Source: Lytechinus pictus (Eukaryota). From it: a stretch of 64,000 nucleotides of DNA. The stretch lies in NCBI RefSeq assembly GCF_037042905.1, contig NC_087246.1:930001-994000 (forward strand), written 5' to 3'. The position numbers and the translations under genes are program-made. Positions 26,228 through 39,750 of the stretch are shown piece after piece (position 1 is the stretch's first letter; each line of letters starts with the position of its first letter). Under the pieces are notes generated by a model. It was given only the letters and a program-made list of their open reading frames with translations, made no database searches and was not told where the DNA came from.

Positions 26228-26798
26228 GAGTTACTCCTGGCTGAAGGCAATTATATCTAAATTAACAGTAAAATTCACAGAGCAAAATGCGAAAGATTTC
26301 ATAAAAATCTGATATAACGAAGTTATTGAATTTTCAAGTCAAGCAATATTTTGTAAACAGTTATGTGCACACCATCTTGAATATGCAATATGGGGGCTGA
26401 TGATGTAATGTCCATACTTTACTATTTATGTTGCATGAAATCATAATTATTTCATATTTTCATGCACGTGTGTATGATATGTCTCCCTTGTAACAAAAAA
26501 GTTGCAGCATCTTGTATTATCTTATACATTAAATCAGAAGTCATTCCAGTTTGTGTCATCTTTGAGGGCAAATTTTTTAATAAATGTAAGTTTATATAGT
26601 AAAATACAAAAGAATAAGTGGGGATATTGTACATCAACTTGCTCATTCCATATTCATGAAGACATGCACAGAACAATTTAACAGAATAATGCAAAACTTT
26701 AAAATTCATAGCTTTCTTATTTTTCATCTGAGTTTGATGAAATTTTCAGTGTTTAGTTTGCCTGATTTTACTTTTTCTCTTCCAATCCTATTCTATCC
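26228..26798. mobile_element. Degenerate Kolobok/T2-like MITE
   Basis: Collinear similarity to 22552-23122 (gagcaaaatgc, aagttattgaatttt, gggctgatgatgt). Confidence 0.65.
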
Positions 26799-27989
26799 CC
26801 CCCCCCCAAAAAAAAAAATATAATCAGTGTACTGTAAGAGTAAATTCGGTGTGTTAAAAGTACAATAAAGCTAAGTTTAGAAGTGCCGTCTATACTAAAG
26901 TAGCAAAATAGGTTTCAATCTGATAAATGTATTGAAATCATCTTTCTTGCTGAAAGGCTAGAAACACATTTGGTTATTGTTTCTCTCTGTTGAATCAAGT
27001 GGTTTGGGGGAGTCTAGCGTGGTCTTGATGGTTTCAATGTTTTTTTGTCTGACCCGACAATGAGTGTTGTTATTAGCCTAGTTGAAATGGAATTATTTGT
27101 CGTTGTGATTCCAATGTTTTGTTATCCTTGATCTTGGCTTTTTTTTCTCATTACAATGCAATTTGATGATTATTGAGTTTTCAGCAATGAACCATCTACT
27201 AGCTACAGGCTTTTTTAAAATTTTCATACAGAATGTGCATGAAGATGTGTTATGGTCTCTTGAATCAAAGGGTCTAGGACCTCTGTTACACTGCCATACC
27301 AGGCTAGCCTGGGTCAAGTGGTGTATATGCACAGTGGACCAGAGTGGGACCATTTTGTAGTAACAGACATCAGAGATACATGTATGACGTCAGAATTATT
27401 TCAGGGGACGTGAAAACAGGCCCGCTAAGGTCCTTGACCAGGGCCGGCCTGGCCCGGTTAGATGGTGTAATAAGGAGGGTCTTGAATGCAAACGCTGATA
27501 CAATATGGCAAGTTAATTTGAGTCTTGTGTTAGATTCAAATTTCATGTCAGGTTTCTTTAGCACTGTAATAAATAGTGGCCAAAACCGAATGTCAAACAT
27601 TCATACCGTTGCACAAATTTACCATCCAAAATGTACCGTTGCACTGTTTTAACGTTATAATATGATGCAATTCATTGCGCTTAAATAGTAAATAAATGTA
27701 GGTGCAATACACATACTGGCCAAATGTGCATTGCTGAGCACTGCAGATCAGATGCGCGTATGAGGGATTTTGTTTTTGCTTTCAATAATTCTTTCTCATT
27801 GTAATAGTATATACATGTAAACATAGGGAAAAAAATTATTGTTCAACAAATATAGTGAATATTATTCGTGCAATGGTATGACATTTCACTTTTATTGAAA
27901 GAAAGAGACACTATTCACCAAGGTGTACCATCGCACTCATTCCTATTTGCTATTTGTATATTAGTGCGTAAATTATGTTTTGTTACACT

Positions 27990-28278
27990 TGATCAATTCC
28001 CCAGATAGGCATTACCATAATACAGCAACCCAAACTGAATTGGTCTATCTAAGCAACTAATGATGTGGTGGTGATTTTTTACCTGATTGCGAAGAAAGCA
28101 TGAATGCTTGTAAGCAAGCAACCAGAGGAAAGACGGATAAAGTTCCTCTCCGAGGGACCTGGTAGGATTAATACGTTACCAAAGGGCACAGTGGGCACTA
28201 GCGCACCAAGTGGGAATCGGAACCTGGGTCACCACAATCCGAAACCCCCGCTCTACCGACTGAGCTATTGCGCCTCCC
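27990..28278 (-). mobile_element. tRNA-derived SINE (3' boundary approximate)
   Basis: Minus strand reads gggaggcgcaaTAGCTCAGTCGGTAGAGC (A box) ... GGTTCCGATTCCC (B box), followed by a gtgcccttt body typical of SINE cores. No complete cloverleaf. Confidence 0.75.
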
Positions 28279-31221
28279 TAAAGTGAAGTGTGTGACTCTA
28301 TACATGTATGTAACTCAGTTGATACATGTATGACCATTTGCAAATCAGTTTGAAAATGAAGAGAAATGTCATTTTATACTTTTACCTCTGACAGACTGAC
28401 ACGTTAAACATTTGCCACCCTTTGTCATTGTTATTAAGTGGAAATCTGTAATAGAGCTATATCATGTACAATGTAAATGATATCAAGGATGTCATCATGT
28501 CAGAAACACAGAATCCTTAGAATTTTCTGACCACATCTCCAGGAGTTTGGGTAATAATATCATTACACAAGAATCTGGAAGAAAGGGTCATAATCTTTGG
28601 AAAGAACCACAGTAACAGGAAATATTTGTTATTTCTACCTTTTATTGTTCCTTTGAATTGCTAGTCTTTTTAACATGCGATGATGGTGGAACTCAGTGTC
28701 AGGCAACTATTCTCCGACTGAATTAGTGTTCAGGCTTCACATAAATGGTGGATTTTAGCCTATTCTGTAGTTTAGAAACTAAAGATTGAATTGTGGTAGA
28801 TAATAATAACAATGGAATTATATTATAAGAATCGCGCTATTATGCGGCACTTTATTGGAACAGCACCTATACTAATACATGTACACGTATATTTGGCCTA
28901 TTTATTAAAATAATCATTGTTGCAGCCAGCTGGCTGCATTTGTGTTTTGTTTTTATTAGTAATATAATTATCCAATATGTCACATTATAATGATCATGCA
29001 ATTTTACAAAGATTGCCAATGTAAGAAAGGTAACTACATGTATGCAAACTTTCCATTAATAGAATATAGAACATTAGAGGCATTATTTGCTTTGAGGTAA
29101 ACAGAGCATACCACAACAAACATGATGTAAGATGACCGATGGAAAACCCCTCTAATTATGATTCCAGGTTTGTGATGATTCATCACACGTGTCATTAATA
29201 AGATGAGTTGCAATAATGATAATCGTGAGAACCAAAATTCCTATCATGACCTCATGTTTGTTTATTACAACACCATGGCCAATTTCTACCGATCTGGATA
29301 AGTTTGAAAGGGTTTATCAAACGATAAACTAGACTTTCTGGCTATTAAGGTTAAGAGTTGAAGATAATTGTGGTTTATGCAGTTGATGTCTGATTACAAA
29401 AACATCAAGAGTAGAAAGATATTGATCTCAATTGTATTTGCTTCATGTAGGGTCAACTATTACACTTGAATTTGCCTTTGTGTTGGTATACATGTCTGTG
29501 TTTCTTCAAATAGTTGCTTGGTTTTGAAGTGGGTACTGAAATTTTCTCATTACTATTCTTAAATTCTTAATGTCAAATTCCCTTCAATGTTATTTTACAC
29601 TTCTCCCCCTTTTTTCAGGGGGGGGGGGGGGGTGATGAACCCTACAAACCTCTTTATAATATTCATAGTGCAGGTTTATTGCTTCTGAAACAATGCCAGG
29701 AAGGTCAAAACATGTACAGGTTTGGTTTGATAGCAAGTAACCTGGTCGTACTAATTTAGATGTCACTGTGGTTATTTGGAAGCCATGTTCACTCAATAGC
29801 AAGACTCATTATAAATTGCTTGTTAGAAAGCCATTTTACCACTACCACTTAGAACAGAGCTAGCTCAACACTAAAACACTTTGCTTTTTCACTGTCAAAA
29901 TGTCAAAATTTTGTGTGGGAAAAGCAAGCATTTCCTTAGCCGGGGTTAGGCAGAACCTGTGTGAAATGGAAAAGAGAAATTAGCACAGGGTTAATTTTAT
30001 AGTACTGCTTCATTATGAAATTATAACACAACCATCACAAAGAAAATACAGCTCCAAAGGATTCTGTTTACATTAATGAATGGACGGTTGAGAGTTTTTA
30101 CCGACATTTTTGTGTACCATCAAGATTGAAGAATGTCTGTTAATGGGACATCGAGTTAGCTTACTCACTGATGTAATCTATCACAGATATTCCCATTCAA
30201 AAAAAAAACTACTCCAGTACTCCTGTCTAAAAAGCGGAAGATGATATTATTTTTATCCCTGCAGCCTTACATGTATAACATTGAAGAATTTGTGATTATT
30301 TAGACAGTGCCAATGGCAATAAATTTAACTCTAATCACATCACACTTCACCTTCTTGAACCCCCATAAATTGTACTCTTCAAATCCTTTGTGTCATACCT
30401 TAGAATCTCACATTTTTATGAACATTGTACAAATATGATATTGAGAAAGGTTTTGCTATTGTTAAATGTTGATCTGTACATGTATGGATCTTGTATTTCT
30501 TTCATGTCTTATATAAATTGAAACAAACTATATTTTACACTCTTTGGGTCATTTCCCCAAGAAAATGTACTAGTAACTCTTTTCATTATGCTTCAGACCC
30601 AAAATTGTGACCCAACTCTGAAGTTATTCACAGCAGAATCATGAAATTTTCACTCTAAATTTCTATTTCAATGATAAAATGGTGTTTTATGAATAGCAGA
30701 GACTACTCTAGACCTTTGAATAATTACAGATGTTTCAAACCATAGTCCTGAGCAAATTTATTTCAATTTGGAGAGGAGGATAAAGAGAATATTTTTACAT
30801 CAAATTAGTTTACTATCAAATTGGCAATTTCACATCAGAATACATATATAGGTTTGCGAGACATTCAGTGCATTATTTTTTGTATCATTATTTTGTTAAA
30901 ATTGTACACGATGTTTCATTTTCTGATTTCTCGTAATCTCTGTCTCTCTTTGCAGCTTTTCTCTTTGAAAACTCACTATGTTTTTCTAATAATATTTCTC
31001 AAGGGAAGGAGCTTAATGCAATAACTTTTTAAAAATTTTACCAACAAAAACCCACCCAACAATAAAACTTGATTGAAGTGCATAACTAATTTAATACACA
31101 AAGGATGTGAGATTGCAAATATATTTCCTATAAAAGTATAATTTGGAGGTGAATGTTTCATTGATGTGAATGTACATCCTGGATTATTTAGGGTACTGCA
31201 GATGTGTTTTTTCAAAAAAGT

Positions 31222-31690
31222 TAGATAATCATGGTCATTACAGATAAGGGTCACTGGGATTGCTTAATACTACATGTATCATGTAAAGGGGATTTTATTT
31301 TAAAAGCAAAGAGTGCTAAGTTCTGGAAAAAAAAACTATGAAAAGGTAAGATACATGTAATCATGGTCATTACAGATAAGGGTCACAGGATTGCTTAGTA
31401 TAATCATGGACCTATTATAGGTCCATGGTATAATCATCGAAGGGGAATTCAGACTGAGATTCTAAAGGAATAAGTCAGTTTTGTATTTCAAAAGCAAAGA
31501 ATGCCAAGTTCTGGAAAAAATGGGAAAAAGGTATTAAAAGGTAAGATACATGTAATAATGGTCATTACAGATAAGGGTCACAGGATTGCTTTAATAGTAC
31601 TATCATGTAAGGGTAATTTAGACCGAGATTGTAAAGGGAGAAATCAGTATTGTATTTCAAAACCGAAGCTTGCTAAAAGTTCTTGAAAAA
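31222..31690. repeat. Imperfect tandem repeat, three units
   Basis: atggtcattacagataagggtcac recurs at ~31230, ~31363 and ~31558. Confidence 0.75.
31405..31427. mobile_element. 23-bp micro-hairpin with 7-bp TSD (putative P-superfamily footprint)
   Basis: GTATAAT|CATGGACCTATTATAGGTCCATG|GTATAAT. Absent from the sister tandem units. Confidence 0.65.
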
Positions 31691-32010
31691 AAGCTGATAA
31701 AATATTGTGAGCTTTCATATCTTGTAATTATTTTATTGTAAGAATTTAAATGTTATAAGGACTATTGTAAAGGATAAGTCTGAATATCATGCGTGAAATG
31801 TGCTGGTCTCATTCACTTGTTTCTTTGTGAAGTGCCATTGCCTTTTGGCCAAGTCAATGAATTTATCAGCAATAGCAGTTGTAGCTTCAAATAAAAGAGG
31901 CAAGTTTACCTGCATAAATGGCATTTATATGATTATTTTTGTTCCATGAAGTTATAGTAGACATACAGCTACCCATATGCTATTTCATTGTTGACCTGGA
32001 GTTTTATTGA

Positions 32011-32654
32011 AGGGTCAAGTCCACCCCAGAAAAAAAATTGATTTGAATCAATAAAGAATAATTAAACAAGCATGACACTGAAAATTTCATCAAAATTTGA
32101 TGGAAAATAAGAAAGAAAGTTATGACATTTTAAAGTCTTGCTCATTTTTCACAAAACAGTTATATGCACAACTCGGTGGTATGCAAATGGGAAAGTCATT
32201 GATGTCCCTCACTCCCTGATTCTTTTGTTTTGTATTTGAATTATACAATATTTCAATTTTTGCAGATTTGACAATAACAACAAAACTTCACAACCATAAA
32301 TTGTTAAAACAATGCTTACACCACATATTCAGGGAGGAACAAAACCTCTTTTCAAATGACAATCAGGAGAAAATTAGAATATTTCATATAATAAACTACA
32401 AGAGATAATGATTTGGTGAAGTCATCAGTCCCCTCATTTGCTTACCTACCAGGTTGTGCATAACTGTTTTGACAAATTAAGCGAAATGATGTGATGTTTT
32501 TGGTTTTGAATAAATAAACTTGAACTTGAACTTGAAATATTACAATGTCATTACTTTCTTATTTTACACCTGATTTTGATTAAATTTTCAGTCTGAAGCT
32601 TGTTGGATTTTCCCTTAATATTCAAATCAACTTTTTGTTGGGGTGGACTTGTTC
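32011..32654. mobile_element. Kolobok/T2-like MITE (caagtccacccc family)
   Basis: Ends agggtcaagtccacccc / ggggtggacttg. Homologous to 58937-59531. Confidence 0.75.
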
Positions 32655-32869
32655 ACACAAAATATCCTTTGTTTGTTGCAGGAATTCATGCCTTCCTGAT
32701 CATGCTGGCAAGGAAATAAGATCATAAAGATTATGTAGAAGAAAGTCATTTTTTATGTGATTTTTGGGGGGGTTATAGCCTATTATGTAGAGAGAATTAC
32801 AACAGCATTTCATGTAAAAAGATAGTGGCTACTTTTTCTTGAAAGTCATGTCATGCTATGGAACTTTAA

Positions 32870-33453
32870 AGGAGAATGAAACCCTTGAAACCAGCTGAAT
32901 CCATATCAAAGAGAAAAATCAAAGAAACATATTGTTGAAAGTTTGAGGAAGATTGAATGAATAATAAGAAAGTTATGAGCATTTGAATGTCGAGATCACT
33001 AATGCCATGTAGATCCTCCTATTGGCAATGCAACCAAGATCTGTGATGTCACACACGTACAACTCCCTCATTACTTTAGTACTTATTTCACTTATATTCT
33101 CACTTTTATAGAGTCTATCACAAGGTGAGGTGTTCTCTTTATGAGAGGACAAGTACAGAGGTTTCACAACATTATATCATTGATGAATCGTTTGTCATAT
33201 GATTAGAATGAGCAAAAAGAGATGTTTTGGGGTATATTTTCAGTGTCCAAAAGGGGAGAGTTGTTCATCTGTGACACCATAGATCTTGGTCGCATTGCCA
33301 ATGGGAGGATCGCCATAGCATTAGTGATCTCGACATTCAAATGCTCATAACTCTTCTATTGCTAGTCCTATTTTACTCAAACTTTTGTTGATCTTATTTT
33401 TAGATTTTTCTGCTTTCACAAAAGCTAACTTGCTCCAAGAGTTTCATTCTCCT
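32870..33453. mobile_element. Palindromic Kolobok/T2-like MITE
   Basis: TTAA|AGGAGAATGAAAC ... GTTTCATTCTCCT|TTAA with inverted arms. Confidence 0.88.
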
Positions 33454-35569
33454 TTAATATAGATGTTTAAATACAGTAATCCAAAAGAATTTAATGATGT
33501 TTGTGGCTTTTTTGTTTAATAAATATTCTTTTTTCATGTCCCGTTCAACTTTTGAGACCAATTTTTTGATGCCTTGGTACCCTATTTAGAAGTAACCATC
33601 ATGCATAATTTTGTACTTATGCAGCAGACCCAAAATTGTTCAAAATTACGATATCATGTACAATGTCAATGAAAGATGTGTATTCAGCCCAAAATTCATT
33701 AAAAGTCATTACTTTTTTTTATTGAAATATATTTTCTTTTATTGATAAGTTATTTAGTTTGATGCTTTATGAGTGAAGTGATGTCGCCAACAAATTTTGT
33801 TGAAAATTTGTTTTTTAAAGTACAAAAACAGGAATGTATAAAAAAAATATATACATAAGAAATTGATTTTGGTATTATTAGGAATTAGCATTTTAGGAGC
33901 TGTATTATTGAATTTTATCATGCCATTATATAGTTAATTTAGTTTTCTACCACCCTGCAAATTTTTATTGGGATCATGTGATCTGCTGCTGAGGTCTTGG
34001 GTGGGGGTGGGGGTGGGGGATAAAATATCCTGACAAGACTCAAAATACCTCGGGATTAGTATTAGGATTAAAGTCCTGCCTAACTATGAGTTTGAAGAGG
34101 TTCATGGTGGGTATACCAGTCTTAACCAGTCTAATAATACAAATAGATTTTGGATATGACTACTTTTTCACAGGTTGGCATGTGATCTAAATGAATTCTG
34201 TTGATGGTGATAGAAAATTGGAAGAAAATGAAATAAAAATGGGTTCCAAATTTGGAAAAATTGCCTATCCAAAAAAATTCCAAATATATATTGTTCCTTT
34301 TGGTGGCCAGCTGTGAAAACTCTGAAAAATTAGTTTTATATTAGATTCTTGATATTTATTAGTTATTCTGGCTTTATTTCATATTTCCTTAAAGACCCTC
34401 ACACCCATATATACACTGTTCCCGAGCCGGAACCCCCCCCCCCAACGTGGACTTGTTTTGAGTTCACTGGAAGTTCAAGTGGTTGTGGTTTTAGATTCAA
34501 GATATACCATACTTAAATGAAGTAATTTACAGATAATGAAAAATATACCATGTTCATTACCTGCCTCTATATGTATACATGTCGGGCTTTATTGTGATTT
34601 TAGATTTAAGGTATGCCATACTTGAAGTAATTGACATAGTGACAAATATACCATACTCTCATAATGGAGAAATTGCACATTTTAAAAGAAATTATTGTCA
34701 TAATGTGAAGAATATGCCATACTTTATTGAAGTAATTGGCTTTTTGCTATATAGTGAAAATGGTGAGAAACATACCATATTTTAATAGAGTATAAAAGTA
34801 ATTTGCATATATACATGTATAGTGAAAATTATGCTTTGATTAAGCAAGATACATACCGGTACATGTATATTGAAAATATACAAGTACCATGCGTCTAATG
34901 TCTTTGTACAGTACTCAAGTTTACTCTAGCATGCTCTTATTGATAAGAAAAGATCTACTATTATTGACTGAAACTGATACAAATTATAATGATTTAAAAA
35001 AAAAATGAATATAAAATTTAAAAATGATATAGCTTTCAGAAAATCAAGGTGTACTGTAATGCATTGATCTGAGCTCATCAGTTTTCATTTGTTTCATTTC
35101 CCAAACTTTCATGTAAATCTTGAATTTTTTGCTCTTTGATAAAAAAATTGCTTTGTGGACTTGCGTAAGTATGTGTAAAATTTTTCCCTACCAAACAGTG
35201 TGCGTCATTATTACTCATCAAATGAATTAATGAATGTTTCAATTGTATGTTTCAAAGTAAATTACGATTTCTGCACTGAACTGAGACACACTTGAACTTG
35301 AACTCATAACAGAAGTTCAACATGTGTATCCAAATTTGTAGACAATGTTTGCATAGCTAGGCAAGAATGTATTAGCACTGTGGGTGTGTGTGTGTATGAG
35401 GTGACTGTATGTTTATGTGTATTAATCTAATGCTTTGGAGGGATAGTATTTTGTATTACACGATGCACTCATCAGTGCTGATTGCATATAAAATACAGGG
35501 TTCTCTTACTCATTTGTGCATAGGATCGTAACTCGTGTTTATGAAGAGGAACTTGCTTTACTCTCGATA

Positions 35570-35880
35570 GTTAGTCAGCAGCTCAGCTCAACATTTATTT
35601 CCCACAAGTCTCATCCCTTTAGAAACTTCCCCATGCATTAGTGTTCAGACAGTGCTAAATTGCTAGCGTAAATGTGGATCTCTCTCAGACGATGTGCCAT
35701 ACTGTTGGATATTATTTGCCATACGCACTGTTGCTTCAAACTCTAGAAGTTCATTGGATTCTCATACTATTATTGAACAAAGACTGCTGTTTGTGACTTC
35801 ATCTATAGAGAATAATTGTGGATATTTTGTGATCCAGTTATAATTGTTTGTGAATAACATTAATCTGATTGAGTTTAATG
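35570..35880 (+). other. Candidate alternative first/5'UTR exon (start approximate)
   Basis: Unique sequence with an initiator-like ttagtc near 35571 and a strong donor ATG|GTAAGG at 35881, 3.8 kb upstream of the 39650 acceptor. Confidence 0.3.
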
Positions 35881-36568
35881 GTAAGGTTTAATGACCTGTG
35901 CTTTTAAGTTTTATAACGTTGTTTTGATCTGACTTGAGTATTATTAGCTAGAGTATATTTTAGAACCATAGGGGTTTCATTACCATTTTATATATATATA
36001 ACTGTTTGAGAACTTATTTAATTTTTCTGTATTAAAGATGAGTAATAATATAAAAGCTTTATTAGGATAAAGATTTTTCAATGAGTTGGGAATAATAGGC
36101 ATTTGGAATCTTTTTAGCAACAAGTGAACAATATTGATGCAGCATACATACATTATAGTGTATATATTCACATGGTTATTCATGCTTATTTATTCATTCA
36201 TTTTTTTGTTTTTGTTCATTCTTCCGTTTGTTTGTTTTTTATTTTCCTTTTTTTTTTTTTTTGGGGGGGGGGGGTAGTTTTGATGTTTCGTGTTCATAAC
36301 CAACTATATTCCCCTGAACAAGTTTTTCTATTGTGCATGAATAGTTGACTGCCATTGTTTGTTTTTGTTTTGTTCTTAATAGAGACTTGATTGACCTGTC
36401 AGTCAATTTGAACATTTATGCTGCTATTCTAAATATTGTTTTACATGTATGCCCTTTTCAGGACCATTCTCTTTCTCTTTCTATGGTCTCCCTTGTGTTT
36501 AAAAAAATCTTCATCTTTCCTTCTCTGTGTTCACCAAATTGTTTCCTAATCCTTCTTCCACTTTCTAA

Positions 36569-37848
36569 TTTTTTAGCTCATCCGGCCTGAAGTGCCAGAT
36601 GAGCTTAATATGCCGTGGCGTCTGTCGTCAAAATGCTTCTTCTTCGCCATTTCAAGTCCGATTTCAATTCTGTTTGCTTTATATGATAGTGCTAGGTGGG
36701 GGATTCAAAACTTCTACACAGAATTTTGAAACTCGTTACATGTAAATATGCTAATTTATGCGCATTTTTCAAAATTCACCAAAAAATGCTTCTTCTTTAG
36801 ACTTTATTTATTTGTTTGACCAATTTTGATTTTTTTTTCTTCCGTCTGGTAGAGCTTCATGAGGTTCACCAAACTTCTACACAGAATTTTTAAATTTGGA
36901 GTAGAAAATTATTTATGCTAATTTTATGCAAAATTCATAAATCACAGAAAATGCCTCTTCTTTATTTGTTGACTGAATTTCAAAATGCTTCTTCGTCATT
37001 TCAAGTCTGATTTCAATTCTGTTTGCTTTTAATATATGATAGCATTAGGTGGGGGATTCAAAAATTCTACACAGAATTTTGAAACTCATTAAATATGCTA
37101 ATTTATGCGTCTTTTTAAAAATTCACATAAAATCCTTCTTCTTTAATGGTTGACCAATTTTGATTTTTTTTCTGGTAGAACTTCAGATTTTCAGTAGAAA
37201 ATTATTTATGCTAATTTATGCAAAATTTACTAATAAATCACAGAATATGCCTCTTCTTCTTTATTTGTTTTCTTCCAGCTGGTAGAGCTGCATGAGGTTC
37301 ACCAAACTTGTACATAAAATATTGAAATTTTGTCTAGAAAATTATTTATGTTAATTTTATGCAAAGTTTTTTCATAAATCACAAAAAACATGTTTTCTTT
37401 CTTCATTTATTGATCAATTTCAATTTCGTTGCTTTGTATGATAGCTCGAGGTGGAGATACAAAATTTCAACACAGAATTTTGAAACTCATTAAATATGCT
37501 AATTTATTCATATATTTTCAAAACTCACAAAAAATACTTATTTATTTGTTGATTGATTTTGATTATTTTTGTTTCATCTGAGAGCTACATGAGGTTCACC
37601 AAGGTTCTACACAGAGTTTAGAAATTTTGACTAGAAAATTATTTATGCTTAATTTATATGAAATTTATTCATAGATCACAAAAAATGCTTCTACATACTG
37701 TATGTCATTTCTTCATCAATTTCAATTCTATATTCTCAATTTATGTCACCAATGTAATTCACTACAGTGTCAACTGGGCTGAAATTAAAGTTGTGTTAAA
37801 TTTTGTTGCTAGATGCCGGATGAGCTCCACATCATTGATGTGCTAGTT
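36569..37848 (+). mobile_element. Helentron-type element family A copy 2 (extra internal repeat units)
   Basis: Same subTIRs, 3' hairpin and CTAG end as 9415-10325, and ~370 bp longer. Confidence 0.85.
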
Positions 37849-39009
37849 TTTCTTTGCTGTAATCTCCCTCTCCCCCCCACCCCATTACCACCTGTCTCTG
37901 ACTTTGAACCTTCTGTTTCTTTTTTTCTTCTTGCTTTTGAGTGGGGACGTCACAGTGTTATAAAGAGGAATGGTTTATTATTCTGTTAGCTGCATGGTAC
38001 ACAGCATATTAAAAATGTAATAAACTACTGGCACCAAGCATTGCCACCAGTGAACCTTTCACATTGCGTTTTTTGGGGGGTTGCTAACATAATATTAAAG
38101 CCTAGCTAAAGCTTTTGTAAAAAAAATTTATAATCAAGTGTCAGCTAACCTTCCGATGAACATGACAGAAGTGTATTAGCCGCTATGTCATATTTTAACT
38201 GCTAATTCTCAAATATTTAGACCTAATATATCCAGCATCCTTTTGTGATGATTTATTTATTTTGTTAAGGTTTTTTAAGTGCATATTTAGTGATTGGATA
38301 TCAGCAATCTACAGAGAGATTATATTTTAAAAAATGCAGCTTATTCCATACTTTGAAGTACGTATTAATTTTATATTAAAAAAGCATTCACATACTTTAT
38401 TTTGATTGGGTGTAATTATCAGAACAAATTGATATTAAATGATAAATAATGAAATTATAAAAACAAGACTTGAAATTTTAATCAAGTTTACTTTATGCAT
38501 TTTATATGTGGCCTTGTCTTGGTTGGGTACAAACATTTATGTATAATGTACATGATATTTGTACTACCCAAATATGCCAATCACAGTTGATGTGCATGCC
38601 ATGTTTCGGTTGCATTATATCATTAGTTCTGAATATAGGGCTAATAATCTCGGACATTGTAAAAGTTTCAAAAATAGGCTTAAATCTTTCTATATATTTT
38701 TTTATTTGGCAACAGCCTTTTGACTATAAAGGCATGTACACTGTATGACTTTCTGCCAATGACAATTCGATTTCCTCAGCACATGTACAGTATATCAGCA
38801 TTGGGTGCCTCATTGAAAGCATTCTAGTTTTATGTAAACCAGACCTGATATGGAAAGTCTGTTTAAATTTATCAATTGTACAAGTAACATAATTGTGATT
38901 CTATTGCAAACCATATACACAAAAGTTACTATCAATGGTAAATAATGAGCACTGCATCCCTGGAACATTGATTTTATCTTCCTGGAACCTTTTAGATGGT
39001 CTTTGTAAG

Positions 39010-39227
39010 CAGGGGGGTGTTTCACAAAGATTTAAGTATGACTTAGAGTCGCACTTAAATGCCTAGTTGCATGTGGTATAAAAGGCATTACCGCATTGGC
39101 CAGATCATACCAAGAGGACGCGCACTACTGCGTATTGATCAATTAGATCACGCGTTGCATATCATGTACGCGTCGGGATTTAAGTGCGATTTAACTCATA
39201 TTTAAATCTTTGTGAAACACCCCCCTG
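39010..39227. mobile_element. ~215-bp MITE (Harbinger-like)
   Basis: caggggggtgtttcacaaagatttaa / ttaaatctttgtgaaacacccccctg. Confidence 0.85.
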
Positions 39228-39750
39228 GTTATCAATACATTTATTATTCTAATGGATTCATACTCTCTCCTACACCCTCCCCTGAGCGTATTACAAGAAT
39301 TATTTATTTCTTCAGAAGACGACCCTCTGCACAGGATGTACCTTATTTAAAGAGTTCCCCATGTTCTAGCTCGCTAGGCCGTAAATAGACGCTGATTTAA
39401 GCTTGAATTTTATTTTTGGAGTGTCATCGTCATTTTCTAATCATTTGAATGTAGTCTGATTCCAAGTCTGTGACAAAGGATCGCCACATTTTTCAGATGA
39501 CTTCTCCCAGGAAAGTAGATGTGTTCTATCACTTCATATAAACTTGAGTTTAAATTAGCACCACCTCACTGAAGCCTGAGAATTCGCTCACAGAGACTTT
39601 CTAAATAAATTAGATTGATGTGTAATTTATGTATCATTTTATGTTTCAGGTCGGAGTACCTCTGGAATGTGTGTACTGAAGCAGAAGAGGGTGAACTGAT
39701 GATGTCATTCTATTGGAGGTGAATGCAGGAGGAGAAATCAGAATAACAAG

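Noticed and set aside
28200..28278. tRNA gene on the minus strand
   Set aside because: A and B boxes are present, but the B box is imperfect, there is no good acceptor or anticodon stem, and it runs into a SINE-like body.
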